Assembly (NCBI GenBank): GCA_963826785.1
Contig: CAWGYD010000011.1
Coordinates: 31,177-95,176 of the forward strand
From: an uncultured delta proteobacterium
GTDB taxonomy: Bacteria > Desulfobacterota > Desulfobacteria > Desulfobacterales > Desulfosalsimonadaceae
Direction: 5' to 3'
Length of the DNA stretch: 64,000 bases
Part shown: positions 19,364 through 29,737 of the stretch, in pieces
Layout: each line of letters opens with the position of its first letter
Position numbering within the stretch: position 1 is the stretch's first letter
Notes under the pieces: generated by a model
Seen by the model: only the letters and a program-made list of their open reading frames with translations
Told to the model about the DNA's origin: nothing
Databases searched by the model: none
Made by a program: the position numbers and the translations under genes

Positions 19364-20536
19364 TCAAGACCGGTAATCGGCATTGATTTTCACATAATCG
19401 ATGGAAAAGTCGCAGGTCCAGCAGAAATAGGCTCCCTGCCCCTGTTTCAGATCGATGCGGATGGCAAACTCGGGGGTTTTGAGCACCCGGGTGGCTGCCG
19501 CTTCAGCCTCAGATCCCCGCCATCGGCCGTTTTCCACCAGATTGACTTCATTGAAGGCAATATCCACGGCATCCGGATCCATCTGCGCACCGGAGCGGCC
19601 CAGGGCGGCCATGATCCGGCCCCAGTTGGCGTCTTCTCCGAACAGGGCGGTCTTCACCAGACTGGAATGGGCCACGGTGTCGGCCGCCAGCCGGGCATCG
19701 GCATCCGATGCAGCGCCCGCCACCGAGATCTCCACCAGTTTGGTGGCCCCCTCTCCATCCTTGACCACCATCTTCGCCAGGGCCACCAGAACCTCATCGA
19801 GAACCGGCCGGAAAATCCCGATAGCGGCCGGCGTGTTAACGGTTGCGCCGGACATGCCGTTTGCCATGAGCAGCACGGTGTCGTTGGTGCTGGTGTCGCC
19901 GTCAATGGTGATCCGATTGAAGGATTTATCCACGGCGGCGGCAAGGGCGGATTGCAGATCTTTTGCCGGCACTGCCGCGTCCGTCACAACGAAGCAAAGC
20001 ATGGTGGCCATGTCCGGCCGGATCATGCCGGCGCCCTTGGCAATTCCGGTGATAAAAAATGGTTTGCCGTTGATTTCCCCCTTGCCGGTCACCATTTTGG
20101 GGACCTTGTCGGTGGTCATGATGGCCGCTGCAAAATCCGGAAAACCGTCCGCTGACAGGGCTTGGGACAGGCCTGGACCCGCGGCTTGGATTTTCTCTAT
20201 GGGAAAGGGCTGACCGATGACGCCCGTAGAGGCCACCAGCACCATGTCTTCAGGAATCTTCAGGTTTGATGCCGCAATGCCGGCCATTTGTACGGCGTCT
20301 TCCATCCCCTTGTCGCCCGTGCAGCAGTTGGCATTGCCGCTGTTGGCCACCACGGCCCGGCAGATACCGGATTTCACCCGCTGACGGTCCAGGAGCACCG
20401 GTGCGGCCTGGACCTTGTTTCGGGTGAACACGCCGGCCACGGAGGCAGGCACTTCCGAAACGATTGCGCCCAGGTCCTTTCCACCATTTTTCTTGATTCC
20501 CGCCGCGATTCCAGCCGCCTTGAATCCCCTGACCAT
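19364..20536 (-). CDS. argJ: Ornithine acetyltransferase / N-acetylglutamate synthase ArgJ
   Basis: NSGNANC, STGVIG, AIMTTD, KGAGMIRPDMATML, DGDTSTND, DGEGATK, YVKINADYRS. Confidence 0.97.
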   Translation of the reverse strand: MVRGFKAAGIAAGIKKNGGKDLGAIVSEVPASVAGVFTRNKVQAAPVLLDRQRVKSGICRAVVANSGNANCCTGDKGMEDAVQMAGIAASNLKIPEDMVLVASTGVIGQPFPIEKIQAAGPGLSQALSADGFPDFAAAIMTTDKVPKMVTGKGEINGKPFFITGIAKGAGMIRPDMATMLCFVVTDAAVPAKDLQSALAAAVDKSFNRITIDGDTSTNDTVLLMANGMSGATVNTPAAIGIFRPVLDEVLVALAKMVVKDGEGATKLVEISVAGAASDADARLAADTVAHSSLVKTALFGEDANWGRIMAALGRSGAQMDPDAVDIAFNEVNLVENGRWRGSEAEAAATRVLKTPEFAIRIDLKQGQGAYFCWTCDFSIDYVKINADYRS

Positions 20537-20694
20537 GTCTCCTCCACACGTTGAAGTTGTTTAAACCACACAGAAAGAAAACACTTATTGTGTTTCATAA
20601 TAATTTTTGTCAACACATATCCGGAGGCTGCTGCCCAAAGGATAAAGATGATATCAAAATGGTAATACGTACTTTTTTTGAGTGAAAACAAAAA

Positions 20695-21486
20695 ATGCCC
20701 AATTTCATGCTCATTATCGAATATGACGGCACCGCTTACCATGGGTGGCAATATCAGGCAAATGCGGCCACGATCCAGCAGACCCTGGAAGAGGCAATCG
20801 CGGTCATGACCCGGGAAACGGCCCGGGTGCACGGTTCGGGTCGGACCGATGCCGGGGTGCATGCCATAGGCCAGGTGGCCCATTTCCACACGCGTGCCCG
20901 CATTCCGCCGGAGGGTTTTAAGGCGGGATTAAACAGTCTGCTGCCCCATGATATCGTGATCCGGTCCTGCAGGCAGGTGGATGACAAATTCCACGCCCGC
21001 TTCGATGCCAGGGGAAAAACATACCAGTACCGGATCCTCAACCAAAGCCTTCCCGCTGCCATCGGCCGGAATTATGTCTGGCAGATCAGGCGAGAACTCG
21101 ATATCGCCGCCATGCAGGCGGCGGCCCGGCATATCATCGGCACCCATGATTTCAAATCTTTTGAAGGCAGCGGTTCTCCCCGGCACCATTGCATCCGGAC
21201 GGTTTTCGATGCACGGATCGATGGCGGACAAAACGGGCTGATCACGTTTGACATCCGGGCAGATGGATTTTTGCGCTACATGGTGCGCAATCTGACCGGA
21301 ACCCTGGTGGATGTCGGGCGCTGCGCCATCACACCGGACGATTTCGGTGATATCTTAGAAGCGCAGGACCGTCGCCGGGCCGGCGCCACCGCCCCACCCC
21401 AGGGCCTTTTCCTGGTGGAAGTATTTTACGGGGAACAGGGGACCAGACCTTCAACGGCGCCTATTCCTCCTCGTTTCTCCCCTTGA
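20695..21486 (+). CDS. truA: tRNA pseudouridine(38-40) synthase TruA
   Basis: EYDGTAYHGWQ, GSGRTDAGVHA, FHARF, FLRYMVR, APPQGLFL. Confidence 0.97.
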   Translation: MPNFMLIIEYDGTAYHGWQYQANAATIQQTLEEAIAVMTRETARVHGSGRTDAGVHAIGQVAHFHTRARIPPEGFKAGLNSLLPHDIVIRSCRQVDDKFHARFDARGKTYQYRILNQSLPAAIGRNYVWQIRRELDIAAMQAAARHIIGTHDFKSFEGSGSPRHHCIRTVFDARIDGGQNGLITFDIRADGFLRYMVRNLTGTLVDVGRCAITPDDFGDILEAQDRRRAGATAPPQGLFLVEVFYGEQGTRPSTAPIPPRFSP

Positions 21487-23296
21487 GCCGCTGGATCTGG
21501 CGGTTGTAAAAAGCGATCACATCCCTGCGGTTGAGCATGCCCACCAGAATGCCGCGGTCCTTTTCCTGGACCACCGGCAGGCTGTCGATATTCTTGATGG
21601 TAAATTTCTGCAGCACCGAGTTCAAGTCCTCCGACAATGTGGTGGAGACCACATCGCTGGTGACGATATCCTTCATCACCACCAGATGCTCGATTTCCGG
21701 CGCAAACAAAACCCCCCGTACATCGGTGGAGGAAAAAATCCCGATCATCCGCCCGTTCTCGTCCACCACCGGAAAATAATGCTGCTTGGTCCTGGAAAAG
21801 AAAATCTTGAATTCCAGAAAGGGCATGTCCTGGGGGATGGTTTCGACTTTCGCCACCAGATGCGCCAGGTCCTGGACTTTTATCATCTGAAGGACATCCA
21901 CCATGAACTCGCCGGCATGGGCCGGCGAAGCCAGCCGGTTTTTCACCTGCTTGTCATAAATGGTCCACCGGTGGGAGACCATGTAGGCGATGGAGCAGAC
22001 AAACAGGCTGGGCAGCAGAAGTTCATAAGAATCGGTCATTTCGCTGACGAAAATGATCGTCGAGATGGGGGTGTTGGAAACCGAAGTGAAGAATCCGGCC
22101 ATTCCCACGATCACGAACGTGGCGGGATGGGTGACCACGTTGGGCAGGAACTGATGGAAGATGCCGCCCACCGCTCCGCCCATGGATCCCCCGATCACCA
22201 CCGAAGGGCCGAATACGCCGCCGGAGCCGCCCGAGCCGATGGAAAAGGAGGTGGTCAGGATTTTCCCCAGGGCCAGCATCAAAAGCGCGGTGATGGCCAT
22301 TTCGCCATACAGCGCCTTTTGCGCCCACCCGTAGCCGAACGCCAGGGTGGTGGGGAGAAAAAACCCGATCATCCCGGTCAGCAAACCGCCAATGGCGGGT
22401 TTGATGTGATTCGGGATCTTCATGGAACGGAACAGGCCGGTCACGCCATAAAAAGTTTTGACATACACGAATCCCAGGCCGGAGAGCACCAGGGCCAGGA
22501 TAATATACGGCCCCAATTCCATGGGGTTCATAAACCCGATTCCCGCAGGAGAGGCAAACAGGGAGCCCCAGCCGAACACCAGACAGAACAGACAGTACGC
22601 CACCACCGAGGAGATTCCGGCCGGGATGATGACCTCGGACTCGAATTCCGGGTCCCGGTACAATACCTCCGCGGCAAACAGCGCCCCGGCCAGGGGAGCA
22701 CGGAAGATGCTGCCCACGCCGGCGCCCATGCCGGCCGCCATCATGATCCGGCGCTCCCGGTCGGACAGCTTGAGCCGGGTGGCCAGGAAAGAGCCGAAAC
22801 CCGATCCGATCTGGGCGATGGGCCCTTCCCTCCCCCCTGAACCGCCGGTGGTCAGGGTCAGCGCCGAGGCGATGGTTTTGATAAAAGGGATCCGGCCACG
22901 CATGAAACCGCCGTTGCGGTGATACGCATCGATGGCCGCATCGGTTCCGTGGCCTTCGGCTTCGGGGGCGAAGGTGTACACCAGCCATCCGCTGACCAGG
23001 CCGCCCAGGGCGGGCAGGAAAAGAAGCACCCAGCGGTTGAAGGGCGTGTTCGAAGATGGAAACAGGTGCTCCTCACCCACCGTCGCCGGCGGGGAATAAC
23101 CGGCCAGCAGGTCCATGAATACATACAGACCCAGCTGGCACAAATACTGGAAAATGATGGATCCCAACCCGGCGATAACCCCGATCAGAACAAAAATGAT
23201 GCTCCATTTCCCTGCCCGGGCGATATCGAGGGCCCGGAAATAGCGCATGAGGGCTTCATACAGGTTGCGTATACGGACGGGTCGGGGCATAATCAC
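21461..23296 (-). CDS. ClC-family chloride channel/antiporter with C-terminal CBS pair
   Basis: GHGTD, GSGGREGP, GGVFGP motifs, many TM segments, two CBS domains; exact start uncertain. Confidence 0.92.
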   Translation of the reverse strand: MIMPRPVRIRNLYEALMRYFRALDIARAGKWSIIFVLIGVIAGLGSIIFQYLCQLGLYVFMDLLAGYSPPATVGEEHLFPSSNTPFNRWVLLFLPALGGLVSGWLVYTFAPEAEGHGTDAAIDAYHRNGGFMRGRIPFIKTIASALTLTTGGSGGREGPIAQIGSGFGSFLATRLKLSDRERRIMMAAGMGAGVGSIFRAPLAGALFAAEVLYRDPEFESEVIIPAGISSVVAYCLFCLVFGWGSLFASPAGIGFMNPMELGPYIILALVLSGLGFVYVKTFYGVTGLFRSMKIPNHIKPAIGGLLTGMIGFFLPTTLAFGYGWAQKALYGEMAITALLMLALGKILTTSFSIGSGGSGGVFGPSVVIGGSMGGAVGGIFHQFLPNVVTHPATFVIVGMAGFFTSVSNTPISTIIFVSEMTDSYELLLPSLFVCSIAYMVSHRWTIYDKQVKNRLASPAHAGEFMVDVLQMIKVQDLAHLVAKVETIPQDMPFLEFKIFFSRTKQHYFPVVDENGRMIGIFSSTDVRGVLFAPEIEHLVVMKDIVTSDVVSTTLSEDLNSVLQKFTIKNIDSLPVVQEKDRGILVGMLNRRDVIAFYNRQIQRLKGRNEEE

Positions 23297-24606
23297 CCTT
23301 CCTTCAGATCGTTTACCCCCTGAAGGACGATATCGAACAACTTTTTCACATCGGCTTCTTCCAGACAGGAAAATGCCACCCGGATATCGGTTTCCCCCAG
23401 CGCGATCAATCCGACCCCGTATTTATCCAGCAGGTGCACGCGCAGTTTTTCCGCTTTTACCCCTTTCACCTTGATGCACATGAAATATCCGGAATTAAAA
23501 GGATATACATCCCATGCCGCCGAGTATTTCGGATCGGCCAGCACTTCCTTTACCTTTTTGGCCCTCGCTGCCATCACGTCATATTTCTGCTGTTTTTCCG
23601 CGAAAAACCCCTCGCTCTTCATGGATGCCAGCACCAGGCTCTGACTCAGGTGGGCGCAATTGGAGATATTTCCGCGGATGCCGCCGGCGGTTTTTCGCTC
23701 CAGGGCATCCATGGCCCTGGCGGAATCTGCTTCCATGGGGCACCCATAGGTGATGAAACCGATCCGCAGCCCCCAGACATAGTTCTCCTTGGTGGCGCCG
23801 TCGAGTTTCACGGCCAGCAGGCGGGGATGTTTGTCGCAGAGCCGGGCGAATATCGATTCTTTCAACACCTCGTCGCCGTAAAACAGCCCGAAGTAGGCGT
23901 CATCAGCCACCGCGATGACCCGGGTGCCGGATTCGGCCACATCCGTCAGTATCTCCACGATCCGATCGGCTTCTTTTTCGGTGAGGGTATATCCGGTGGG
24001 GTTATGGGGGAAATTGAGCAGCACGATGATTTTATCGCGGGCTTCCGCCTCCTGCCGGACCCGGCTTTCAAACGCGGCCACGTCATAGCCGCCCTGTTCG
24101 GTGAAGATGTTGTAGTGCCGGATATCGGCCTTTTTCCGCACCGAAAGGATCATGTTGTAATTGCCCCAGAACATGTCCGGCAGAATCACCACATCGCCCG
24201 GGTCCACCCACACGTCGGCAAACACGCTGATGCCGTGGGTAATCCCGTTGGTGACCACCGGCAGGCTGATCGTTTTACCGGCAAGGGACGGGTTTTTCGC
24301 ATATATGGATTCCCGCCAGATTTTGCGCAGCCCGGGAATACCGAATGAAGGGGCATAGGTCAGGGATTCTTCGGCTGTCAGGCCGGTCAGGTGCGTCATG
24401 ATGGACGGCAGCACCATGGCGCAGCCGCCCTCTTTGGCGATGCCGATGGTGGCGTTGATCAGATGCGCTTTTTCCTTGGCTTCGGCACTCTGTGCCAGAA
24501 TACCTTTAGGAAAAAACAGGTTCTTCCCGATATCCGACAGCATGGACATCAGGTGTGGGTTGGCCTTTTCGATGACCTCATTGAGCTCTTTTGCTAAAAC
24601 ATTCAT
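23293..24606 (-). CDS. PLP-dependent aminotransferase class I/II
   Basis: NATIG, NFPHNPTGY, DDAYFG, GATKE (PLP Lys), WGLRIG, terminal IRVAF. Confidence 0.9.
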   Translation of the reverse strand: MNVLAKELNEVIEKANPHLMSMLSDIGKNLFFPKGILAQSAEAKEKAHLINATIGIAKEGGCAMVLPSIMTHLTGLTAEESLTYAPSFGIPGLRKIWRESIYAKNPSLAGKTISLPVVTNGITHGISVFADVWVDPGDVVILPDMFWGNYNMILSVRKKADIRHYNIFTEQGGYDVAAFESRVRQEAEARDKIIVLLNFPHNPTGYTLTEKEADRIVEILTDVAESGTRVIAVADDAYFGLFYGDEVLKESIFARLCDKHPRLLAVKLDGATKENYVWGLRIGFITYGCPMEADSARAMDALERKTAGGIRGNISNCAHLSQSLVLASMKSEGFFAEKQQKYDVMAARAKKVKEVLADPKYSAAWDVYPFNSGYFMCIKVKGVKAEKLRVHLLDKYGVGLIALGETDIRVAFSCLEEADVKKLFDIVLQGVNDLKEG

Positions 24607-25080
24607 GCCGCACCTTTGATTTTGAGAGAATTAACCGGAAAAATTTACCCTGGACCGATGACATCCGCGCTCGATTTGATACAAATTTTCTTCATACCGT
24701 GATTTCGAAAAAATTGTCAAGCTGAAAACAATTGGTGAATACTTTTTAAATCAAGTCCTTAAATGCTCAAAACGTAATGTGATACGGAAAAATCAAAAAG
24801 ATATACCCTCGGCATTACCTGCTTTATCCCGGCTTTTCCGGGCTGGGTTGAAGAGCGTTGCATCTTCATGGATTTAACTTTGGCGTCCCTCCCCGTCAGA
24901 AAAGTCAACGCCCTTGTGCGCAGTCTTTCGTCCCGGGGACTTTATAAATTAATTTGAAAATTCAGGCAAACAGTACTATGTGTGCACCGTATCGCAAACT
25001 CAGCAAAGACGCTCCAGATTCTGAAATATCTGTCGATTGATAATAAATCACCCGCATGTGACCGTGGAGATGATTGAATC

Positions 25081-26322
25081 GTGCCCAAAACAATGATCAT
25101 CATCGTCTGTATGCTCACTTTTCTGCTCCCCTTGTCGAGCAGCCTCGTTCCGCACGCCGGAAGCGTTTTCCTGGCCGCTCTGGCGGGGCTTGGGATTTAC
25201 GCATGGCTGACCCGGAAGACATCTCCTGCCTTTGATGCCGGCGAAAGACGGGTGTTGTGGGCATTTGCCCTCTATTTTGCCGTCTGTTTTCTGTTATATC
25301 TGCTCCACGGTTTCATCAGGGGACATGAGAACTTCAGATGGGATCTGGACCCCGAGGTCCGCATGCTGGCCTTCATACCGATTTATTACCTGTTTTACCG
25401 AACCGGGCTGAAATTCTGGATCCTGTGGTACGGTGCCGCCATCGCATCCATCATATTCGGTCTGTTTGCGGTACTTTCCGTTTATGGATGGTCCGGGGGC
25501 TTCCCTGAGCCGGATGCCCTTTACTCCGCCGCCTTCGGACCGATATCCGTCATATCCGCTTTTATCGCCCTGTCCGGATTTACTTATTTCCACAAGAAGC
25601 ATCCCGCACTGATCCTTCTGCCGGTGCTGGCATTTCCCGCCGGCATCGTTGCCGCAAGCGCATCTTTATCCGGAACTGCGATTGTCGCCATTCCCTTCCT
25701 GTCGTTTATCTTTTTTTTACAGCTGGGAAGAACCCTGCGTCCCTGGCGGAACCGGATCATCTTCATCATGGCCATGGCGCTGCTGTACACCGGGTGCTTC
25801 CACCTGCCGGGCTCAAAACTGGAGGGGCGGATACAAGCGCGGATCGTTAAAACCGAAAGACTTTTTTCAGCGACAGGCCCCGATTTTGCATTAAGGTTGA
25901 GTTTGTGGAAAGAAGGGTGGAAATTGTTTATTCAGCATCCCCTGCTGGGGGCCGGCAAAAAGGGGTATGAACATGAAATGGCCCGGAAGGCCGATTTGAA
26001 ACAAATTGCCCCGGAAATGAAACGATTCGATTCGCCGCAGAACATGTATCTGACCCAGATGGCCGCTTACGGCGTCACCGGCCTTTTCGCCCTGCTGGCC
26101 ATTTTGTTTACCCCCTGCTGGATTCTGCTTCCCGGGGCCCGGCTTCGGGGGCCCGCAGGGGATTTCGCCTATGCCGGCATCATGCTGGTGATGGGTTGCA
26201 TGATATCGGCTGCGGTCGAGACCGTCTTTTATAGAAACGCATTTACCAGTTTTTATATTGTCCTGCTGGCCGCCATTCTCTTTTTGACCACCTGTGGCAA
26301 GGAACATGCGGCACCCGAATAA
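25081..26322 (+). CDS. O-antigen ligase (WaaL/Wzy_C) family protein 1
   Basis: Multi-TM; RLSLWKEG, HPLLGAG, SPQNMYL (Gln replaces the usual His); paralog of the next ORF. Confidence 0.75.
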   Translation: MPKTMIIIVCMLTFLLPLSSSLVPHAGSVFLAALAGLGIYAWLTRKTSPAFDAGERRVLWAFALYFAVCFLLYLLHGFIRGHENFRWDLDPEVRMLAFIPIYYLFYRTGLKFWILWYGAAIASIIFGLFAVLSVYGWSGGFPEPDALYSAAFGPISVISAFIALSGFTYFHKKHPALILLPVLAFPAGIVAASASLSGTAIVAIPFLSFIFFLQLGRTLRPWRNRIIFIMAMALLYTGCFHLPGSKLEGRIQARIVKTERLFSATGPDFALRLSLWKEGWKLFIQHPLLGAGKKGYEHEMARKADLKQIAPEMKRFDSPQNMYLTQMAAYGVTGLFALLAILFTPCWILLPGARLRGPAGDFAYAGIMLVMGCMISAAVETVFYRNAFTSFYIVLLAAILFLTTCGKEHAAPE

Positions 26323-26385
26323 ATCAGGCAAACGGCAAGGCTTTTTGCTTAACAGCTGAAATCTTGAATTTAACCGCGGACTCCT

Positions 26386-27654
26386 ATGATGAATGCACTT
26401 CAACTGATCGTAAACGGCATTTTCCTGCTGATACCGGCAATGACCAACCTGGTGGAACACGCCGGTTCCAGCCTTATGACCCTGCTGATCCTTTTGGGGA
26501 CTATCCTGTTTTTTAAATCCGGCCGGGTTTCTTTAAGCCGCCAGGAGAAAGGGGTCATGGGTGTCTTCGCCGGGTTTTTCCTGATCTGTGTCGTCATGCA
26601 TTTCGGGCATATCCTTGTTAAAGGGGAACCCCTGGCGTGGAAACTCGATCATGAAATGCGATTGCTGGCTTTTATTCCGATCTATTACCTTTTTGTACAG
26701 ATCAAATTAAAGCCATGGGTACTGTGGATTGCGCTTCTTTCGGGATCGATATTGACGGGGGCCTATGCACTAAACGATGCGTGGGCGGCATACGCGGCCG
26801 GCAGAGTGGTGGGCCCGTACAATCCTTGTATTTTCGGCTATCTTTCGGTGGGACTTTCCTTCATGAGCATATCCGGGTATTATTTCTTTTACCGGAAAAA
26901 AAAAGCCTTTGTTCTGTTTCCGATGGCCGCTTTTGCAGGCGGCCTTCTGGCGGCATTCCTGTCGGGTACCCGGGGGTCCATCATTACCATTCCATTTCTC
27001 ACGCTGCTGTTTCTGATCCAGTTGAAGCGTCACCTGAAGGAATCCAACGCCAGAATCATCATGGCTTCCATGGCGGGTGTTTTTATCATCCTTCTGCTCT
27101 TGTACCCCCACTCCAGCCTGTCAAAGCGTTTTGATCGGGGTGTCCGGGAAGCCCGGTTTTTTTTCCAGAACCAGGATTGTGCCGATTGCTTTGCAACGGA
27201 TCAGGCGCACCATCTGCGCATGTGGAAGGAATCGCTGCGGATCATCAAAGCCCATCCGATTGTAGGGGTGGGAACGGCCGGTTATCGGACCATTGTTAAC
27301 GACAGGATCGCCCGAAAAGTCATTGCGCCCGGAATCGAGATATTTCAAAGCCCGCACAACATGTATCTGACCACCATGACCGCCTACGGCATTCCGGGCC
27401 TGCTGGGCCTGCTGGCCCTGTATATGTACCCCATGGCTGTTTTCGCCGGTGTAATCAAAAAGAATCGGGGAAATGACGTTATCACCGATATCGCCTTCTG
27501 CGGTCTTTTTCTCATTGCCGGATATATGCTGTTTTCTATGACGGGCACGCTGTTCAACCGCAATATGCTGATTGCGTTTTACATCATCATGAATGCGGCG
27601 ATCCTTTCCATTTGCCGGCCGTACCTGCAGCCGTCAGAAGCCATAGCCGAATAA
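26386..27654 (+). CDS. O-antigen ligase (WaaL/Wzy_C) family protein 2
   Basis: Multi-TM; LSGTRGS, RMWKES, HPIVGVG, SPHNMYL. Confidence 0.85.
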   Translation: MMNALQLIVNGIFLLIPAMTNLVEHAGSSLMTLLILLGTILFFKSGRVSLSRQEKGVMGVFAGFFLICVVMHFGHILVKGEPLAWKLDHEMRLLAFIPIYYLFVQIKLKPWVLWIALLSGSILTGAYALNDAWAAYAAGRVVGPYNPCIFGYLSVGLSFMSISGYYFFYRKKKAFVLFPMAAFAGGLLAAFLSGTRGSIITIPFLTLLFLIQLKRHLKESNARIIMASMAGVFIILLLLYPHSSLSKRFDRGVREARFFFQNQDCADCFATDQAHHLRMWKESLRIIKAHPIVGVGTAGYRTIVNDRIARKVIAPGIEIFQSPHNMYLTTMTAYGIPGLLGLLALYMYPMAVFAGVIKKNRGNDVITDIAFCGLFLIAGYMLFSMTGTLFNRNMLIAFYIIMNAAILSICRPYLQPSEAIAE

Positions 27655-28327
27655 TTCAATCTCCCGGGAAAAAATCTGCTCAATTTTTTTTCGCTCCCGC
27701 AGGCTCAGGATGTCGCGGTAATGCCGCCGGTCTTTGCGAAAAGCGGTCTTTGCCCTGGGCAGGACCACTTCCTGTCCAAAACCCAGCCGGGTGCCGATGC
27801 GGTTCAGTTCCGCCCAGCATGTCTTCATAGCGGCAGACCCTGTCGACGACGATTTTTTCATCGATGGTGTACAGATGATAACCGTATTTCTTGAGCATCA
27901 GGACTTCACCGGAATCGATGAACTCGGAAATGGAGCGCTTCGGTCCTTTTTTGGTGCGCCAGTAATAAAAGGAAATGACCCGGTCGAAAGGATTGCGTTC
28001 AAAACAGAATTTATAGTAGCTTTTCCAGCATTCTTCGCCGACTCGGGTTCTGATTTCCGCGGCCGGCATATGGTGGTAAAATTTCAGCTTCGGTTTTCTT
28101 CTCACCAGTAATTTATAGATATCCTTGAACCGGTAATCCAAAAATTTTGCATAACAGTTCCGGGGCCGCGGATACCCCATGGCATTTCGGATCTCTTCGT
28201 CCGCCGGATCATTGGGCGTGATGATCCCCTCATTTCCGCAAAACCGGGACAGCCCGATTTCGATGCTCGTTCCGGCGGTCTTGTTGGTTTTGATGAAAAT
28301 GAATTTATGTTTGTGCGACAGCAGCAT
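27634..28327 (-). CDS. Sulfotransferase (Sulfotransfer_2-like); one frameshift near 27815
   Basis: SHKHKFIFIKTNKTAGTS (5'-PSB), RNPFDRVIS (3'-PB), RYED; C-terminus (RHYRDIL...IELFGYGF) lies in ORF 27634..27861. Confidence 0.8.
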
Positions 28328-28626
28328 GGTCAGGGTTTTCTGCAAGCCATTGTGATTCCCATGTTCACTTTTCAAATAACGTCATTAAATCCGTCTATTG
28401 CAAATAAATCCCCTTTTTAGCGGTTTTGGCGCCCAAGTTCAACAGTATTTCCGCTTATGGGTCGAAGATCGCCTCTTTAACGAGCGGACATAGTCATTGA
28501 AAACCCGCAGCGCATATGATACGGCCTCTTGCGTGGTCCTGAAAAGAATTGCCGCCGAATCATGTTGCCCGATCGGCGTTCACACAAGGACAATTTATCC
28601 ACCAAATGCCGGATATGTGAGCCCAG

Positions 28627-29718
28627 ATGAATTATCGCGTTCTATGCATCACGGATCGAAGCGATCTTCCCGAATCCGAACTGTTTATCCGCCTGCACAA
28701 GGCCGGTGTGGACATCGAAATCGCCTGCAATCCCACCGGACGATTCCACGACCGGCTGGTAGCTTCCGGCATCCCCATACACGAACTCACTTTAAAGAGC
28801 CGGTTTTCCCCCCGGGGCATCCAATCCATCAGACGGATTCTGGATGCCGGATCTTATGACATCCTCTACTGCTTCAATAACAAGGCGACATCCAATGCCC
28901 TCTTGTCCCTGGGGGGACGAAACATCAAAATGATGACCTACCGGGGAACCGTGGGGAACCTGAGCTTTTTCTCCCCGGCCTCATGGACCACCCATCTAAA
29001 TCCCCGGGTGAACCGGATTATCTGCGTATCTGAGGCCGTACGGGACCATCTGATCCATATGCGCAAAATGGGCTTTCGGATCCGGCCCGAACGCGCAGTG
29101 GCCATCTACAAGGGCCACGACCTGGACTGGTATCGCCGTCCCCCCGCTGATCTTTTGGAATTTTCGATTTTAAAAGATGATTTCGTTGTGGGATTTGCCG
29201 GCCGGAACCGGCCGCACAAGGGGGCCCATGTCATCGTGGAAGCCACCCGGCACCTGCCCGCGAATCTGCCCATTCATTTCATCCTGATGGGCAGAATTTC
29301 TGAAAATAAGCAGCTTCGTCAACAGATTGAAAAGAGCGCCTATAAGGAAAAAATCCATTTGACCGGATTTCGGGCGGATGCGCCGGCCGTGACCGCCGCC
29401 TGTGATGCGTTTGTCATGCCGTCCACCAAACGGGAGGGGCTTTCACGGGCGGTCATAGAGGCCATGGCCTGCGGGGTGGCGCCCATCGTCACCAATGTGG
29501 GCGGCCTGCCTGAACTGGTTGAACAGGGAAAATCCGGGCTGGTGATCCCGCCCGATGACCCGGCCGCGCTGGCCGGGGCCGTCATGGACCTGTTTTCGCA
29601 CCCGGAGAAGAAGAAGGCATTCGGTCTGGCGGCCCAGGAGCGGATCGGCACCCATTTCAACATCGACCGGACGGTCGCCGAAACCATCAAGGTATTCGAA
29701 GAACTGGCCGGAACCTGA
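28627..29718 (+). CDS. Glycosyltransferase family 4
   Basis: PHKG, EGLSRAVIEAMACG, TNVGGLPE. Confidence 0.92.
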   Translation: MNYRVLCITDRSDLPESELFIRLHKAGVDIEIACNPTGRFHDRLVASGIPIHELTLKSRFSPRGIQSIRRILDAGSYDILYCFNNKATSNALLSLGGRNIKMMTYRGTVGNLSFFSPASWTTHLNPRVNRIICVSEAVRDHLIHMRKMGFRIRPERAVAIYKGHDLDWYRRPPADLLEFSILKDDFVVGFAGRNRPHKGAHVIVEATRHLPANLPIHFILMGRISENKQLRQQIEKSAYKEKIHLTGFRADAPAVTAACDAFVMPSTKREGLSRAVIEAMACGVAPIVTNVGGLPELVEQGKSGLVIPPDDPAALAGAVMDLFSHPEKKKAFGLAAQERIGTHFNIDRTVAETIKVFEELAGT

Positions 29719-29737
29719 AATCCCGTTGCCCCTGCCC

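Noticed and set aside
24965..25040. GGCAAAC...CGCAAA upstream of the first ligase, reminiscent of a c-di-GMP-I riboswitch
   Set aside because: No GNRA-capped stem between the motifs and no recognisable second hairpin. An Infernal search with the Rfam model would settle it.
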